A DNA stretch of 64,000 nt from Chiloscyllium plagiosum (lineage: Eukaryota): contig NC_057752.1 in NCBI RefSeq assembly GCF_004010195.1, positions 15,395,031 through 15,459,030 of the forward strand, in the 5' to 3' direction. The notes under the pieces were generated by a model. It was not told the DNA's origin and ran no database searches. It saw nothing but the letters and a program-made list of their open reading frames with translations. The position numbers were made by a program, and so were the translations under genes. Of this stretch, positions 48,618 to 61,385 are shown piece by piece (position 1 is the stretch's first letter; every line of letters begins with the position of its first letter).

Positions 48618-50284
48618 CATGTCAGGAATAAAAGAATGACTAGGATAGGAATAGGTCCAGTCGAGGATAGTAGTGGGAAGTTGCGTGTGGAGGCTGAAGA
48701 GATTGGGGAGACACTGAATGAATACTTTTCGTCAGTATTCACTCAGGAACAGGACATTGTTGCCGATGTGAATATTGAGTCACAATTAATTAGAATGGAC
48801 CGCTTTGAGGTATGTAGGGAAGAGGTGTTGGAAATTCTGAAAAGGGTGAACATAGATAAGTCCCCTGGGCCTGATGGCATTTATCCTAGGATTCTCTGGG
48901 AAGCAAGGGAGGAGATTGCAGAGCCATTGGCTTTGATTTTTATGTCCTCGTTGTCTACAGGAATAGTGCCAGCAGACTGGAGGATAGCAAATGTGGTTCC
49001 CTTGTTCAAAAAGGGGAGTAGGGATAACCCTAGTAACTATAGGCCGGTGAGTCTCACTTCTATTGTGGGCAAAGTCTTAGAGAGAATTGTAAGGGATAGG
49101 ATTTATGAACATCTGAATAGGAATAATGTGATCAAGGATAGTCAGCATGGTTTTCTGAANNNNNNNNNNNNNNNNNNNNNNNNNNNNNNNNNNNNNNNNN
49201 NNNNNNNNNNNNNNNNNNNNNNNNNNNNNNNNNNNNNNNNNNNNNNNNNNNNNNNNNNNNNNNNNNNNNNNNNNNNNNNNNNNNNNNNNNNNNNNNNNNN
49301 NNNNNNNNNNNNNNNNNNNNNNNNNNNNNNNNNNNNNNNNNNNNNNNNNNNNNNNNNNNNNNNNNNNNNNNNNNNNNNNNNNNNNNNNNNNNNNNNNNNN
49401 NNNNNNNNNNNNNNNNNNNNNNNNNNNNNNNNNNNNNNNNNNNNNNNNNNNNNNNNNNNNNNNNNNNNNNNNNNNNNNNNNNNNNNNNNNNNNNNNNNNN
49501 NNNNNNNNNNNNNNNNNNNNNNNNNNNNNNTGTGATGTGATTCACTTTGGTAAGAGTAATAGAAAGATGGGGTACTGGGCTAATGGTCGGATACTTGGTA
49601 GTGTGGATGAGCAGAGGGATCTTGGTGTCCATGTACATAGATCTTTGAAAGTTGCCACCCAGGTGAATAGTGCGGTGAAGAAGGCATATGGTGTACTGGC
49701 TTTTATTGGTAGAGGAATTGAGTTCCGGAGTTCTGAGGTCATGTTGCAGTTGTATAAGACTCTGGTGCTGCCGCATCTGGAGTATTGTGTGCAGTTTTGG
49801 TCGCCATGCTATAGGAAGGATGTGGAGGCACTGGAGGAGGTTTACCAGGATGTTGCCTGGTATGGTAGAGAGATCGTATGAGGCAGGGCTGAGGCACTTG
49901 GGGTTGTTTTCATTGGAGAAAAGAAGGTTTAGGGGTGACTTGATAGAGGTGTACAAGATGATTAGGGGTTTAGATAGGGTTGACCATGAGAACCTTTTTC
50001 CACGTATAGAGTCAGCTATTACGAGGGGGCATAGCTTTAAATTAAGGGGTGGTAGATATAGGACAGATGTTAGGGGTAGGTTCTTTACTCAGCGAGTCGT
50101 GAGTTCATGGAATGCCCTGCCAGTAGCAGTGGTGGAGTCTCCCTCATTATGGGCATTTAAGCGGGCATTGGAGAGGCATATGGAGGATAGTGGGCTAGTG
50201 TAGGTTAGATGGGCTTGGATCGGCGCAACATCGAGGGCCAAAGGGTCTGTACTGCGCTGTATTTTTCTATGTTCTATGTTCTAT
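48618..50284 (+). mobile_element. Young CR1 LINE (ORF2 3' two-thirds) spanning a gap
   Basis: Uninterrupted reading frame 48636-49159 (KSPGPDGIYPR, DWRIANVVPLFKKG, NYRPVSLTS), 3' motifs and a (TTCTATG)3 tail. Confidence 0.93.
49160..49530. other. Assembly gap (N run)
   Basis: 371 consecutive N inside the LINE. Confidence 1.
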
Positions 50285-50505
50285 AGATCGAATAAAGCCC
50301 CTATTAAGTTTGCATCAAGTCAAATTTTCAAAACCAGACCGCGGTTGTGCTCTTCCGGTGTTTATACGCCTCTGTTTTAGATCTCCCTGGGTCGCCTTTG
50401 GTCCTCTGTTTCACAGATTCTCATGTGAAAAACAGTACGTTTCCAAGAGCGGGTTTGTGGCAGTATGTATGGCAATGGCAGGTATTGACCGTCTTCTTGT
50501 CACCA

Positions 50506-50576
50506 TCCTCGACAATATAGTGGTTAGTATCCCACCAATCACACAGAAGAGCGGGGTTCAATTCACCACCGGGGGT
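50506..50576 (+). pseudogene. tRNA-Asp pseudogene
   Basis: TCCTCGACAATATAGTGGTTAGTATCCCACCAATCACACAGAAGAGCGGGGTTCAATTCACCACCGGGGGT aligns to tRNA-Asp(GTC). A and B boxes are recognisable; the stems are broken. Confidence 0.82.
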
Positions 50577-50639
50577 GGGTCGGAGTTTTGGCGCTTCACA
50601 ATTTGTATGAGGTTTTGTCACTCGGGAGATGGGTGCAGT

Positions 50640-51420
50640 TGTGGTGGGTATGATCGGCGGAGCTGGGAAGTAAGTTTGTCGCCGTTTCGTCCCCTCAGCT
50701 TTTGCAAGGCTGCAGATCGATCCTCAGCGCTCCTTTGTAGTGCTGCGACCCTGTGGCGGTTGGAATCGATTTGATTTCGTTCCTGCGGCTTCTTTTTGGT
50801 GATGCCGTGCTCGGTATTTTGGCCCTGGATCAGTGTGTTTATTGACGGAGGCCCTGGATGAGTGCTGCGTTTCGAGAAATACTCTGGCTGCCCTCTGTTC
50901 GGTCTGTCCAAATATTGTTGTGCTGTTCTCTTCGAATTTGTGGTCCTTTGTTGTTGGTACTTATTGCAACTAGGGACAGCTGGTCGTGGCGAGTAGCGGC
51001 TCTGAAAATCGTTCTTTGCAATGAAGATATCCCCGCAAGAACAGATAATCCACAATAACTGACAGAAGAACTTCATAGCGAGGATATGCCACAAGGCACC
51101 ACACTAACCTTTACTAACCCTGTTGGTAAAACAAAAACGTCTCAGAACTGGCAGCCAAAATGCTGCGTCCATTCGTCTTTCTGCCAGCACATAAATCGAC
51201 AGCCACGCTCAGAAAACAACACACCAGAACAAAGGACCCAATACTCATCATGTGCAGGGCACACGTGTTGTACAAAATTCCATGCAGGGACTGCGTGAAA
51301 CGCAAGACAGGACGATACAGCAGGCATTGACTGATCCGTGTCCATGAAGGTCAACTAGCCCCGACATACCACGGCAGCTGTCCCTTGTTGCTATACTCAC
51401 GGCAATGAGTGTCTCTGATT
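50640..51420. mobile_element. Penelope-like element end (paralog of 35590-36355)
   Basis: Minus strand ATRHDQLSLVA; plus strand RTKDPIL...VLYKIPCRDCVKR; decayed hammerhead CTGAGGA...GACGAAACGGC on the minus strand (~50680-50727). Confidence 0.78.
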
Positions 51421-52939
51421 CCGGGCTGGGAATAGAGATCATATGATAGGTTGCAGTGGCGATTACTTCCTTATGTGAGGGAACTGCTGATGGAACAGAT
51501 GTGAAACTCGATTGCTCATTGAGAAATAAATCAAAGTTCGTAGCCCACATAAGTAATTCTGTTGTGCTTTTGGTTCTGGTCCTGACATGTCCTCCAACAC
51601 TGCACTTAATCTGTGCTTCCTGACGGCTCAGTGCGTGTATCTCTGATCGTATTGTGGACAGTAATCTCAGTTTATACTGCATTAATAAGCTCTCGAAACC
51701 CAGTCCCACCGGTGTCAATTTTGATTTTCTCTGAATGTGGGCAATAGCAACACAGTAAAGGAGTAATTTATATCGCAAGGTGATTTACAGAGGCGCTCGA
51801 AATGCTGAGGTTAGAGTGACATTTGGACAATGGTGAGAGATTGCCTTCATTCAGGAGGTAAGGATGGAGAACCTGTTTGGGTAGAGTTGAGGAACTGTGA
51901 GGAAAGAAGTCACCAGCGGGTGTAGTTTACAGACCACCCACAATAATCACAATATTAAATAAAACTTAAAAGGAAAATATCGTCTGTGAGCGATAATGAT
52001 GGCAATAATTATTGGTGTTCTCAATTTTTCCTCTCCCACACCCGGCTCAATTATAACGGAATTGTGGAGAACTAAAACCATCAAATCAAATGTGTCCCAT
52101 AGAACAACACGGTCTTCGTCTTCGATTAATTTACAGGTTCCTTAGTTTCTCTCATTTCCTCGATAACATCTCTTTCATTGTGAGCATTAGGAAAGGGGGC
52201 CATCTTCTTTCAGAGAAAAAAAAATCAACACTTTACGAACCCTTGTCTGTTTCATGCAAAAGAGCACCCAGGTTCGTCTGCAGTGCACTTTTTTTTAGAT
52301 TTTCTCTTGATTTTAATCGTAGTCAGCCTTTTGAATGTTCTTACCCGAGTAGTGTTTCAGGTAAAACCATCGCTCAAATACGAAGCCACACTTACCCAGC
52401 AGTTCTGTGTCTGCTCCTGCTCAGTGCGGGCTCTGGCTATACACGAGGTAAGTTTCTTAACTTCACTCGGACCTTGCCGTCGTGTGTCTGGCCCTCGCTA
52501 TCGCTCCTAGCACTGCAACTGCCGCAGAGAAAATAAAGGGACGTCAACGCGACAGGGGTAGGCAGGAGGTTCTGTGGAAACGGGAGAGAATCACGGTAAA
52601 TGGGTTGCCTACGAGGTGGCAGGATTCGTGATGTCTCTAATTGTGTTTTCGGGATCCTTGCCGGGAAGGGGGAGCAACACCGAGCCCTGGCTCGCATAGT
52701 CACCAAGTACAGAGCTATGAAGAGAGATGGCGATTTGAGGCAGGAATTCAGGCAGCAAGGCTGGAAGCTTAGAGCTCGGAAAAAAAAAACGTTGCTTTTT
52801 ATAGATGGTCGCCCGTGCCACGTGCCCGAGAGGTAATGAATATGGAGAGAGATGAGTTGAACACAGGGATAGTGCATGAGGGAGGGTGTTGGATTGCTGG
52901 AAAAATTGGGGATCTTCTAGGTGTAGTTTGCCGAGAAGT

Positions 52940-53148
52940 ACGAGGGAGGAGCGAAGTACTGCTAGGAAGATGAGTGTAACCGTTTAAAACACTTACCTCA
53001 GGCGTCGGGGCCTCCATTTGCTGAGAGGTGCGAAGGAGGAGCGATGGACTGCTGGGAAGTTGAGTATAAACATTTAAACACCTATCTCAGGCTTCGGGGC
53101 GTCCATTTCTCGACAGGTGCGAGGGAGGAGCGAAGGACTGCTGGGAAT
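52940..53148 (+). repeat. ~89-bp tandem repeat (about 2.3 copies) in the LINE 5' UTR
   Basis: GGAGGAGCGA.G.ACTGCT.GGAA recurs at ~52944, ~53035 and ~53123. Confidence 0.88.
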
Positions 53149-53317
53149 TTTTTAAATGGGTGAGATCTAAACCTGCAACCCTACATCGTAGGGCCTCCCT
53201 CCCACCCACCTCATCTAACCTTACTAAGAGACTGTAAACTCGGTAAGTTTTCATGTTACTCATTTTTTCTTTGTCTTCCTTTGTTTCGACCTGTGCCAGA
53301 TTTCAGAGTAGTGGGAT

Positions 53318-54253
53318 ATGGATGTTAGGACAGTTCCATGTTCCTCCTGCAGAATGTGGCAGGTGAGAAACACTTCACATGTCTCTGCCGACTACATCTG
53401 CAGGAAGTGCACCCTACTCCAGCTCCTCGAAAACCGAGTTATGGAACGGGAACTGGAGCTGGAGCTGGATGAACTACGGATCATTCAGGAGGCTGAGGGG
53501 GAAATTGAAAGGATGTACAGGGAGGTGGTCACTCTTCTGCCACAGGATAGGAACAGCTGGGTTGCAGTCAGTGGGAGGAAAGGGAACCGACAGTCAGAGC
53601 AGAGATCCCCTGTGTGCGTTCCCCTCAGAAATATATGTACCATTTTGGATACTGCTGGTGTGGACGGCCGACGAGGGAAAAGCCATAGTTATCAGGTCTC
53701 TGGCCCTGAGCCTAGCATTGTGGCTCGCAAGGGAAGGGGGGAGAATAAGAAAGCTCTAGTGTTATGGGTCTCAATAGTTAGACGGACTGACAGGAGATTT
53801 TATGGTCAGGAATGGGACCCGCTGAACGTATGTTGCCTCACGGTTACAGTGTCTGGGATGTAGCCGATTGGGTTTACAGGATTCCGAAGGGGCAGGGTGA
53901 GCAGCCAGAAATCATGGTACATATTTGCGCCAATGGTATAGCTAGGAAAGGGATTGAGGATCTGAAAAGTGACCACAGAGAGTTAGCTTGGAGGCTGATG
54001 AGCAGGACAAGTAGAGTAGTGATCTCAGGTTTGCTACCGGTGCCACTAGATAGTGTGGTGAGGAACGGTCAGTGAACGCAACTTAACACGGGGCTGCAAG
54101 GCGGGTGGAGGGGGGAGGGATTCAGATACCTAGACCATTGGGATACCTTCTGCGGAAGGTGCGACCTGTACATGAAGGGCGGTTTGCACCTGAACTAGAG
54201 GTGCACAAATGTCCTGGGTAGGAGATTTGCTCGTGTGATTCAACAGGGTTTAA
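53318..54253 (+). pseudogene. CR1 ORF1: zinc finger, leucine zipper and SGNH esterase domain, frameshifted
   Basis: CSSC...CRKC; LLQLLENRVMERELELELDEL; WVSIVR (GDSIVR-like), VCCL, VHICANGI (GxND-like), GLHLN. Confidence 0.85.
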
Positions 54254-57212
54254 AGCAGTTTGGCAGGTGGGTGGGAACCAGAGCCATATATCTGAGAGGG
54301 GGACAGTTGCATCTGGGGCAGTGACAGGATGTAGTGAATCTATCGGTAAGGTTTCTCCCGTGATGAAACAAAAGGATCGGTTAAAGTGTGTCTGCTTTAA
54401 TGCAACATGTGGCAGAAATAAGAGTGACGAACTTAGAGCATGGTTCAGTATTTGGGGCTACGATGTTCTGGCCATAACGGAGACGTGGGTTTCACAGGGG
54501 CAGGAATGGTTACTTAATGTTCCAGGGTTTAGAATGTTTAAAAAGAACAGGGAGGGTGTTAAAAGAGGAGGGGGTGTAGCATTGCTAATCAGAGAGTGCA
54601 TCACAGCTATAGAAACGAAGGTTGTTGAGAATGGTTTTTCTACTGAGTCAGTTATGGGTGGAAGTTAGGAACATCAAGGGAACAGCCACCGCATTGGGTT
54701 TTTTTTTACAGACCACCTAATAGCAATACTGCCATTGAAGAACTCATAGGTCGTCAGATTCTGGAAAAATGCAAAAGTAGCATAGTTGTTTTTATGTGCG
54801 ATTTCAACATTCCCAATATCAACTGGAACTTCCTAAGTGCAGATGGATTGGATGGAGCAATTTATGTCAAGTGTGTTCAGGAGGGTTTCCTTACTCAGTA
54901 TGTAGACAGACCGACGAGGGGAGAGGACATTTTGGATTTGGTGCTTGGCAATGATCCAGGACAGGTGTCAGGTCTTGTGGTGGGAGAACACTTTGATGAC
55001 AGTGACTACAACTGCCTCACATTTACCATAGCCTTGGAGAGGGAAAGGATCAGTTACCATGGGAAGATATTTAAATGGGGAAAAGGAAATTATGACGCTA
55101 TCAAACAGGAGTTGGGTAGTACAGACTGGGAGCAATTGTTCCACGGAAAGGGCACAGCAGACATGCGAACACTATTTAAGGAGCAGTTGTTGCGAGTGAT
55201 GCACGAATTTCATTCCTCTGAGACAGGTAAGAAGGGGTAAGATTAAGGAACTTTGGATGACGAGAACAGAGGAACTTCTCGTCAAAAGGAAGAAGGTGGG
55301 TTACATACGGTGGACGAAGCAAGGATCTAGCACAGCTTGCTTGAGAGGAGCTCATAAATGGACTGATGGGAGCTAGGAGAGGGCAGAAAAATGCTTGGCA
55401 GGAAGGATTAAGGAGAACACAAAGGCATTTTACACATACGTGAGAAATAACACAATGATCAGGGATTGCGGAGGGAAAGTGCGCATGGAGTCTGAGCAGA
55501 TAGGGGATGCCCTAAATGAGTTATGTTGTGGTTTCGGTTTTAACAAAGGAAAGGGACCTTGTTGTGAATGAAAACGTTGATGAGCTGGGATACAGTGTTG
55601 ACCAAATCAAGATTTATGAAGTTGATGTGCTGGAAATTTTGGAAAACATTAAAATTAATAAATCCCCAGGTCCAGACCAGATTTATCCTCGGCTGCTCCT
55701 GGAAGCAAAAAAAGGAGGTTGCTAAGCTGCTGGCGAGAATCTTTGCCTCCTCACTCGCCACAGGAGTCGAACCGGAGGATTGGAAGGAGGCAAATGTTGT
55801 TCCTCTTTTCAAGAAGGGCAATAGGAAAATCCCGGGCAATTACCGTCCAGTAAATCTTACGTCTGTGGTCAGCAAATGTTTGGAAAGAATTCTGAGGGAT
55901 ATAATTTATTACTATTTGGCAAAGCATAGTGTGATTAAAGGTGGTCAGCAGGCTTTGTAAGGGGCAGGTCATGCCTCACAAATCTTATTGAGTTCTTTGA
56001 GGAGGTGACAAGACAGGCCACCAAAGAACGAGCAGTGGATGTGGTGTATGTGGACGTCAGCAAGGCATTTGATAAGGTTTCCCATGGTAAGCTCATTCAT
56101 AAAGTCAGGACGTATGGGATACAGGGAGATTTGGCTATCTGGATTCAGAATTGATTGGCTGATAGAAGACAAAGAGTGGTTGGAGATGTAAAATATTCTG
56201 CATGGAGGTCAGTGATGATTCGGGTCCCGTGGGGATCTGTCCTTGGCCCTCTGCACTTTGCATATTTTATAAATGATTTGGAGGTTGAGGGGTGGGTTAG
56301 TAAATTTTCAGATGACACAATGGTTGCAGGTGCCGTTGATAGTATCGAGGGCTATTGCAGGCTGCAGCACGACATAGACACGATGCAGACTTGGGCTGAG
56401 AAATGGCAGATGGAGATCAACCTGGATGAATGAGAAGTGATGCATTTTGGAAGTTCGAACTCCAATGTAGGATTAAATGCAGCATTCTTGGTAATGTGCC
56501 CGAACAGAGGGATCAGGGTGTGCAAGTACATAGATCCCTCAAAGTTGCCATACAAGTGGATAGGGTTGCTAAGAAAGCATATAATGTTTTGGCTTTCATT
56601 AACAGGGGGTTGAGTTTAAGAGCCGTGGGGTTTGCTACGGCTCTAGAAGTCCCTGGCGAGACCACACTTGGAATATTGTGTCTAGTTCTGGTCGCCCTAT
56701 GAGAGGAAAGATACATAGGCTTTGGCGATGGTGCAAAGAAGGTTTAGCAAGATGCTGCCTGGATTGGAGGGCTTGCCGTTTGAAGAAAGTTTGAACAAGC
56801 TCGGACCTTTCTCTCTGGAGAGAAGGAGGAATAGAGGAGACCTCATCGAGGTATATAAGGTAATGAAAGGAATAGATAGAGTCAATAGCCAGTGACTTTT
56901 CCCCAGGGCAAGATTGACGGGTAGGAGTGGTCATAGTTTTAATGTATTATGAGAAAGGAATAGAGGGAATGTCAGAGGTAGGTTCTTTATGCAGAGAATG
57001 AATGGAATGCATGGAATGAATTGCCAGTGGTGGTAATTGAAGCAGAGTCATGAGGGACATTTGAGCGACTGCTGGACATGCCCATGATAGCTGTGAGCTG
57101 AGGGGTGCGGAGGTTACGTTATTACATTTTAAATTAAGATTAAATCTCGGCACAGCACCGTGGGCCTAAGGGACTGTTCTGTGCTGTACTTATCTATGTT
57201 CTATGTTTTATG

Positions 57213-60200
57213 TCGAGCTGTGTACACCACCCAAGTACATATAAATAAACAAATAAACCGTCCCAGTACACGAACTGTAAACCCGGAACAGTTAACCTCC
57301 CAGCATGTAGATCTGTGTACAGCGTCCCAGTGAATGGAACTGAAAACCAGAAGCAGTTGCCCTCCCAGCATGTAGAGCTGTGCAGAGCACCTCAGTGCAT
57401 TGAACTGTAAACCAGAAGCAGTTGCACTGCCAGTATGCAGAGCTGTGTACACCACTCCAGTGCATTGATCTGTAAACCAGGAGCAGTCTTCCTCGCAGTA
57501 GATAGAGCAGCTTATACCATGCCAGTGCATTGAACGGTAAACCAGGATCAGTTACCGTCCCAGCATGTAGACCTGTGTACAACGCCCCAGTAAATTGAAC
57601 TGTAAACCATGCGCAGTTACACGCCCAGCACGTAGAGCTGTTTACAACGCCCAATTGCAATGAACTGTAAACCAGGAACAGTTACCCGCCCAGCTTGTAG
57701 AGCTATGTACACCACCCCAGTGCATTGAACTGTAAACCAGGAGCAGTTACACTGCCAGTACTTAGAACAGTGTACAACGCCCCAGTGCATTGAACGGCAA
57801 ACCAGAGACAGTGATCCTCACAGCATGTAGAGATGTGTGCACCACCCCAGTGCATAAAAGTGTAAACCAGCAGCTGTTGCCTCCCAGCATGTACGACTGT
57901 GTGCACCACCCCAATGTTTTGAACTGCACATCGGGAAGAGTTATCCTCACAGCATGTTGAGCTGTGTACACCAGCCCAGTGCATTGAACTCTACTCCAGG
58001 AGCAGTTACACTCCCAGCATGCAGAGCTGTGTACATCAACCCAGTGCATTGATCCTTAAACCAGTAGCAGTTACCCTCCCAGCATATGGAATTTTGTACA
58101 ACGCCCCAATGCATTGAACTGGAAAGCATGAGCAGTTTCCCTTCCAGCATGTAGAGCTCGGTACAGCACCCCAGTGCATTGAACAGTAAACCTGAGCGGT
58201 TAACCGCTCAGCATGTAGAGCTGTGTACACTGCCCCAGTGCGTTGACCCCTAAACCATGAGCAGTTACCCTCCCAGCAAGTAGATGTGTGCACAAAGCCC
58301 CACTGCATTTAATTGTAAAACAAAATTACACTCCCAGCATTTAGAGCTGTGTGCACCACCCCATTCCACTGATTTGTAAATCGGGAACAGTTATCCTCCC
58401 ACCATGTGGAGCTGTGTATACCACCCAGTGCATTGTACCATAAACTAGGAGCAGTGACCCTCAGAGCAGGTTGAAGTTTGTAGAGCACCTCAGTACATTG
58501 AATTGTACAACAGGAGCAATTTACCCACCCAGCATGTAGAGCCGAGAGCAACGCCTCAGTGCATTGAACTGTATTACAGGAGCTGGTACCCTCCCTGCAT
58601 GTGCAGCTGAGTACAACGCCCCTGTGAATTGAACTGAAAACCAGAATCAGTTGCCTTCCCAGAAGGGAGTGCTGTGTAGAACGCCTCATTGTACTGAACT
58701 GTAAACCAGCAGCAGTTTACATCCTAGCATGTACTGCTATGTACACCACCCCAGTGCATTGAACTATAAACCAGGAGCAGTTATTCTTCAGCACGTTGGG
58801 CTTGGTACACCACCGCAGTACATTGAAACAGAAACCAGCAGCAATTATCCTCCCAGAATGTAGACCTGTGTATGTAACCCCAGTGCATTGAAATACAAAA
58901 CAGAAGCAGATACCCTCCCAGCATGTAGAGCTGTGTACACCTTCCCAGTACAATGATTTGGAAAAAAGGAGCAATTAGCCACCCAGCATGTAGAGCTGTG
59001 GACACCACCCCAGGACATTGTTCTGTAAATCAGGAGCAGTTACCCTCCCAGCATGTAGAGCAGATTAGAACGCCCCAGTAAGTTGAACTATAAACCAGAA
59101 CCAGATACCGTCACAGCATGTAGAGATGTGTATACCACCCCAGTGCAGTGAACTGTAAAGCAGGTGCAGTCTCCCTTCCAACATGTCGAGCTATATACAC
59201 AACTACAATACATTGAACTGTAAACCAGAATAATTACACTTCCAGCATGTAGACCTGGGTAGAACGCCCCAGTAGAATGAACTGTAAGCCAGGGGCACTT
59301 ACCCACCCAACATGTAGAGATGAGTACAATGCACCAGTGCATTGAACTGTAAAACAGGAGCAGTTAGCCTCCCAGCATGTAGAGCTGTGTACAACGTCCA
59401 ATTGCGATGAATTGTAAACCAGGAACAGTTACACGCCCAGCTTGTAGAGCAGTGTACACCACCCCAGTGTATTGAACTGTAAACCAGGATCAGTTAATTT
59501 CCCAGCATGTCGAGCTGTGTACACCACCCAGTGCAGTGAACTGTAAACCATGTGCAGTCTCAATCCCAGCATGCCGAGCAGTTTAGAACGCTCCAGTGCG
59601 TTGAACTATAAACCAGAACCAGATACCGTCACAGCATGTAGGGATGTGTATACCACCCTAGTGCAGTCAACTGTAAACTAGGATCAGTTGTCCTCCCAGC
59701 TTGTAGACCTGTGTACAACACCCCAGTGCACTGAACTGTAAACCAGGTTCATTTTGCCTCCCAGCATGTTGAGGTGTGTACAACGCCCCAGTGCCTTGAG
59801 CTGAAAACCAGGAGTAGCTGCCCTCCCAGCATATAGAGCTGTGCAGAACACCTCAGTGCATTGAACTGTAAACTAGGAGCTGTTGCCCTCCCAGCAGGTA
59901 CAGCTGTGTACAACGCCCCAGTCAAATGAAATGAAAACCGGGAGCAGATGACCTCACTCAATGCAGAGTTGTGCAGAACTCCTCAGTGCATTGAACTGTA
60001 TGCCAGGAGCAGTTACCCTCCTAGCATGTACTGCTTTGTGCACCACCTCAGTGCATTGATCTGTAAATCAGGAACAGTTTCCCACCCAGTATAGCAGTGT
60101 AGTACGCCCTAGTGCATTGAACTGTAAACCAGGATCAGTTTTCCTCACAGCATATAAACCTGTGTGCAACGCCCAAGTGCATTGAACTGTAAAGCAGGAG

Positions 60201-61385
60201 CTGTTCACCACCGAGCATGTAGAGCTGAGTACAACGCTTCAGTGCATTGAACTGCATACCAAGAGCTATTACCCTCCCAGCATGTACAGCTGTAGACAAC
60301 GCCCCTGTGAATTGAACTGTAAAGTAGGAGCAGTTGCACTCACCGCACGCAGAGCTGTGTACAGCACACCAGTGTTTTGATATGTTCACCAGGAGCAGTT
60401 ACACTCCCTGCATGTCGAGGTGTGTACAACGCCCAATTGCAATGAACTGAAAAGCAGGAGCAGTTACTCTCCCAGCATATAGAGCTCGATATTGAACAGT
60501 AAACCTGGAGCGGGTAAGCGACCAGCATGCACGACTGTGTACACCAGCCCAGTTTGTTGATCTCTAAACCATGAGCAGTTACCCTCCCAGCAAGTAGATG
60601 TGTGCACAACGCTCCACTACATTTAATTGTAAAACAAAGTTACACTCCCCGCATTTAGAGCTGTGTGCACCACCCCAGTCCACTGATTTTTAAACCAGGC
60701 GCAGTTACCCTCACAGCATGTTGAAGTTTGCATAGCACCTCAGTGCATTGAATTGTACCACAGGAGCAGTTACCCACCCAGCATGTAGTGCTGAGTGCAA
60801 CGCCTCAGTGCATTGAACTGTATTACAGGAGATGGTTCCCTCCCAGCATGTACAGCTGTGTAGAACCCCCCAGTGTATTGAACTGTAAACCAGAAGCAGT
60901 TAACCTCCTAGCATGTACTTCTAAGTACACCACCCCAGTGCATTGGACTACAAACCAGGAGCAGTTATTCTCCAGCACGTAGGGCATGGTACGCCACCAC
61001 AGTGCATTGAAACAGAAACCAGCAGCAGTATCCTCCCAGAATGTAGAGCTGTGTATATCACTCCAGTGCACTGAAATGCAAAACAGGAGCAGTTACCCTC
61101 ACAACATGTTGATGTTTATATAGCATCTCAGTGCATTGAATTGTACACCAGAAGCAGTTACACTCCCAGCATGTAGAGCTGTGTACACCACCCCAGTACA
61201 TTGAACTGTAAACCAGAAACAGTGACCCTACCAGCATGTAGAGCTGTGTACAATGCCCCAGTATACAGAACTGTAAACCAAGAGCAGTTACTCTCCCTGC
61301 AAGTAAAGCTACATACAACGCCCTCGTGCCCTTAACCGTTCACCAGGAGCAGTCGCCCTCCTAGGATGTACTGCTGTGTAGAACC
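57213..61385. repeat. 65-bp tandem satellite, about 64 monomers
   Basis: Consensus CCAGTGCATTGAACTGTAAACCAGGAGCAGTTACCCTCCCAGCATGTAGAGCTGTGTACACCACC recurs every ~65 nt (e.g. 57717, 57782, 57847, 57912, 57977). Confidence 0.97.

Larger units (their letters stand above)
50385..52920 (+). repeat. Duplicated block Y2 (inverted copy of 34125-36570)
   Basis: See Y1; CCCTGGGTC...CACAGATT.TCAT.TGA...AAGAGCGGGTTTG is shared at the start. Confidence 0.85.
52922..57212 (+). mobile_element. Near full-length CR1 LINE (~4.3 kb), inactivated
   Basis: 5' UTR with ~89-bp tandem repeats; ORF1 from 53318; ORF2 from ~54380 with APE (CFNA, DVLAITETW, CDFN, SDYN) and RT (DVSKAFDKV, PWGSVLGP, FSDDT); (CTATGTT)n tail. 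Scattered stops and frameshifts. Confidence 0.95.

Noticed and set aside
57201..61318. Many Cys/Trp-rich minus-strand ORFs; superficially CRISPR-like periodicity
   Set aside because: These are translations of a 65-bp satellite (not a multiple of 3). There are no unique spacers or cas genes, and the DNA is eukaryotic.
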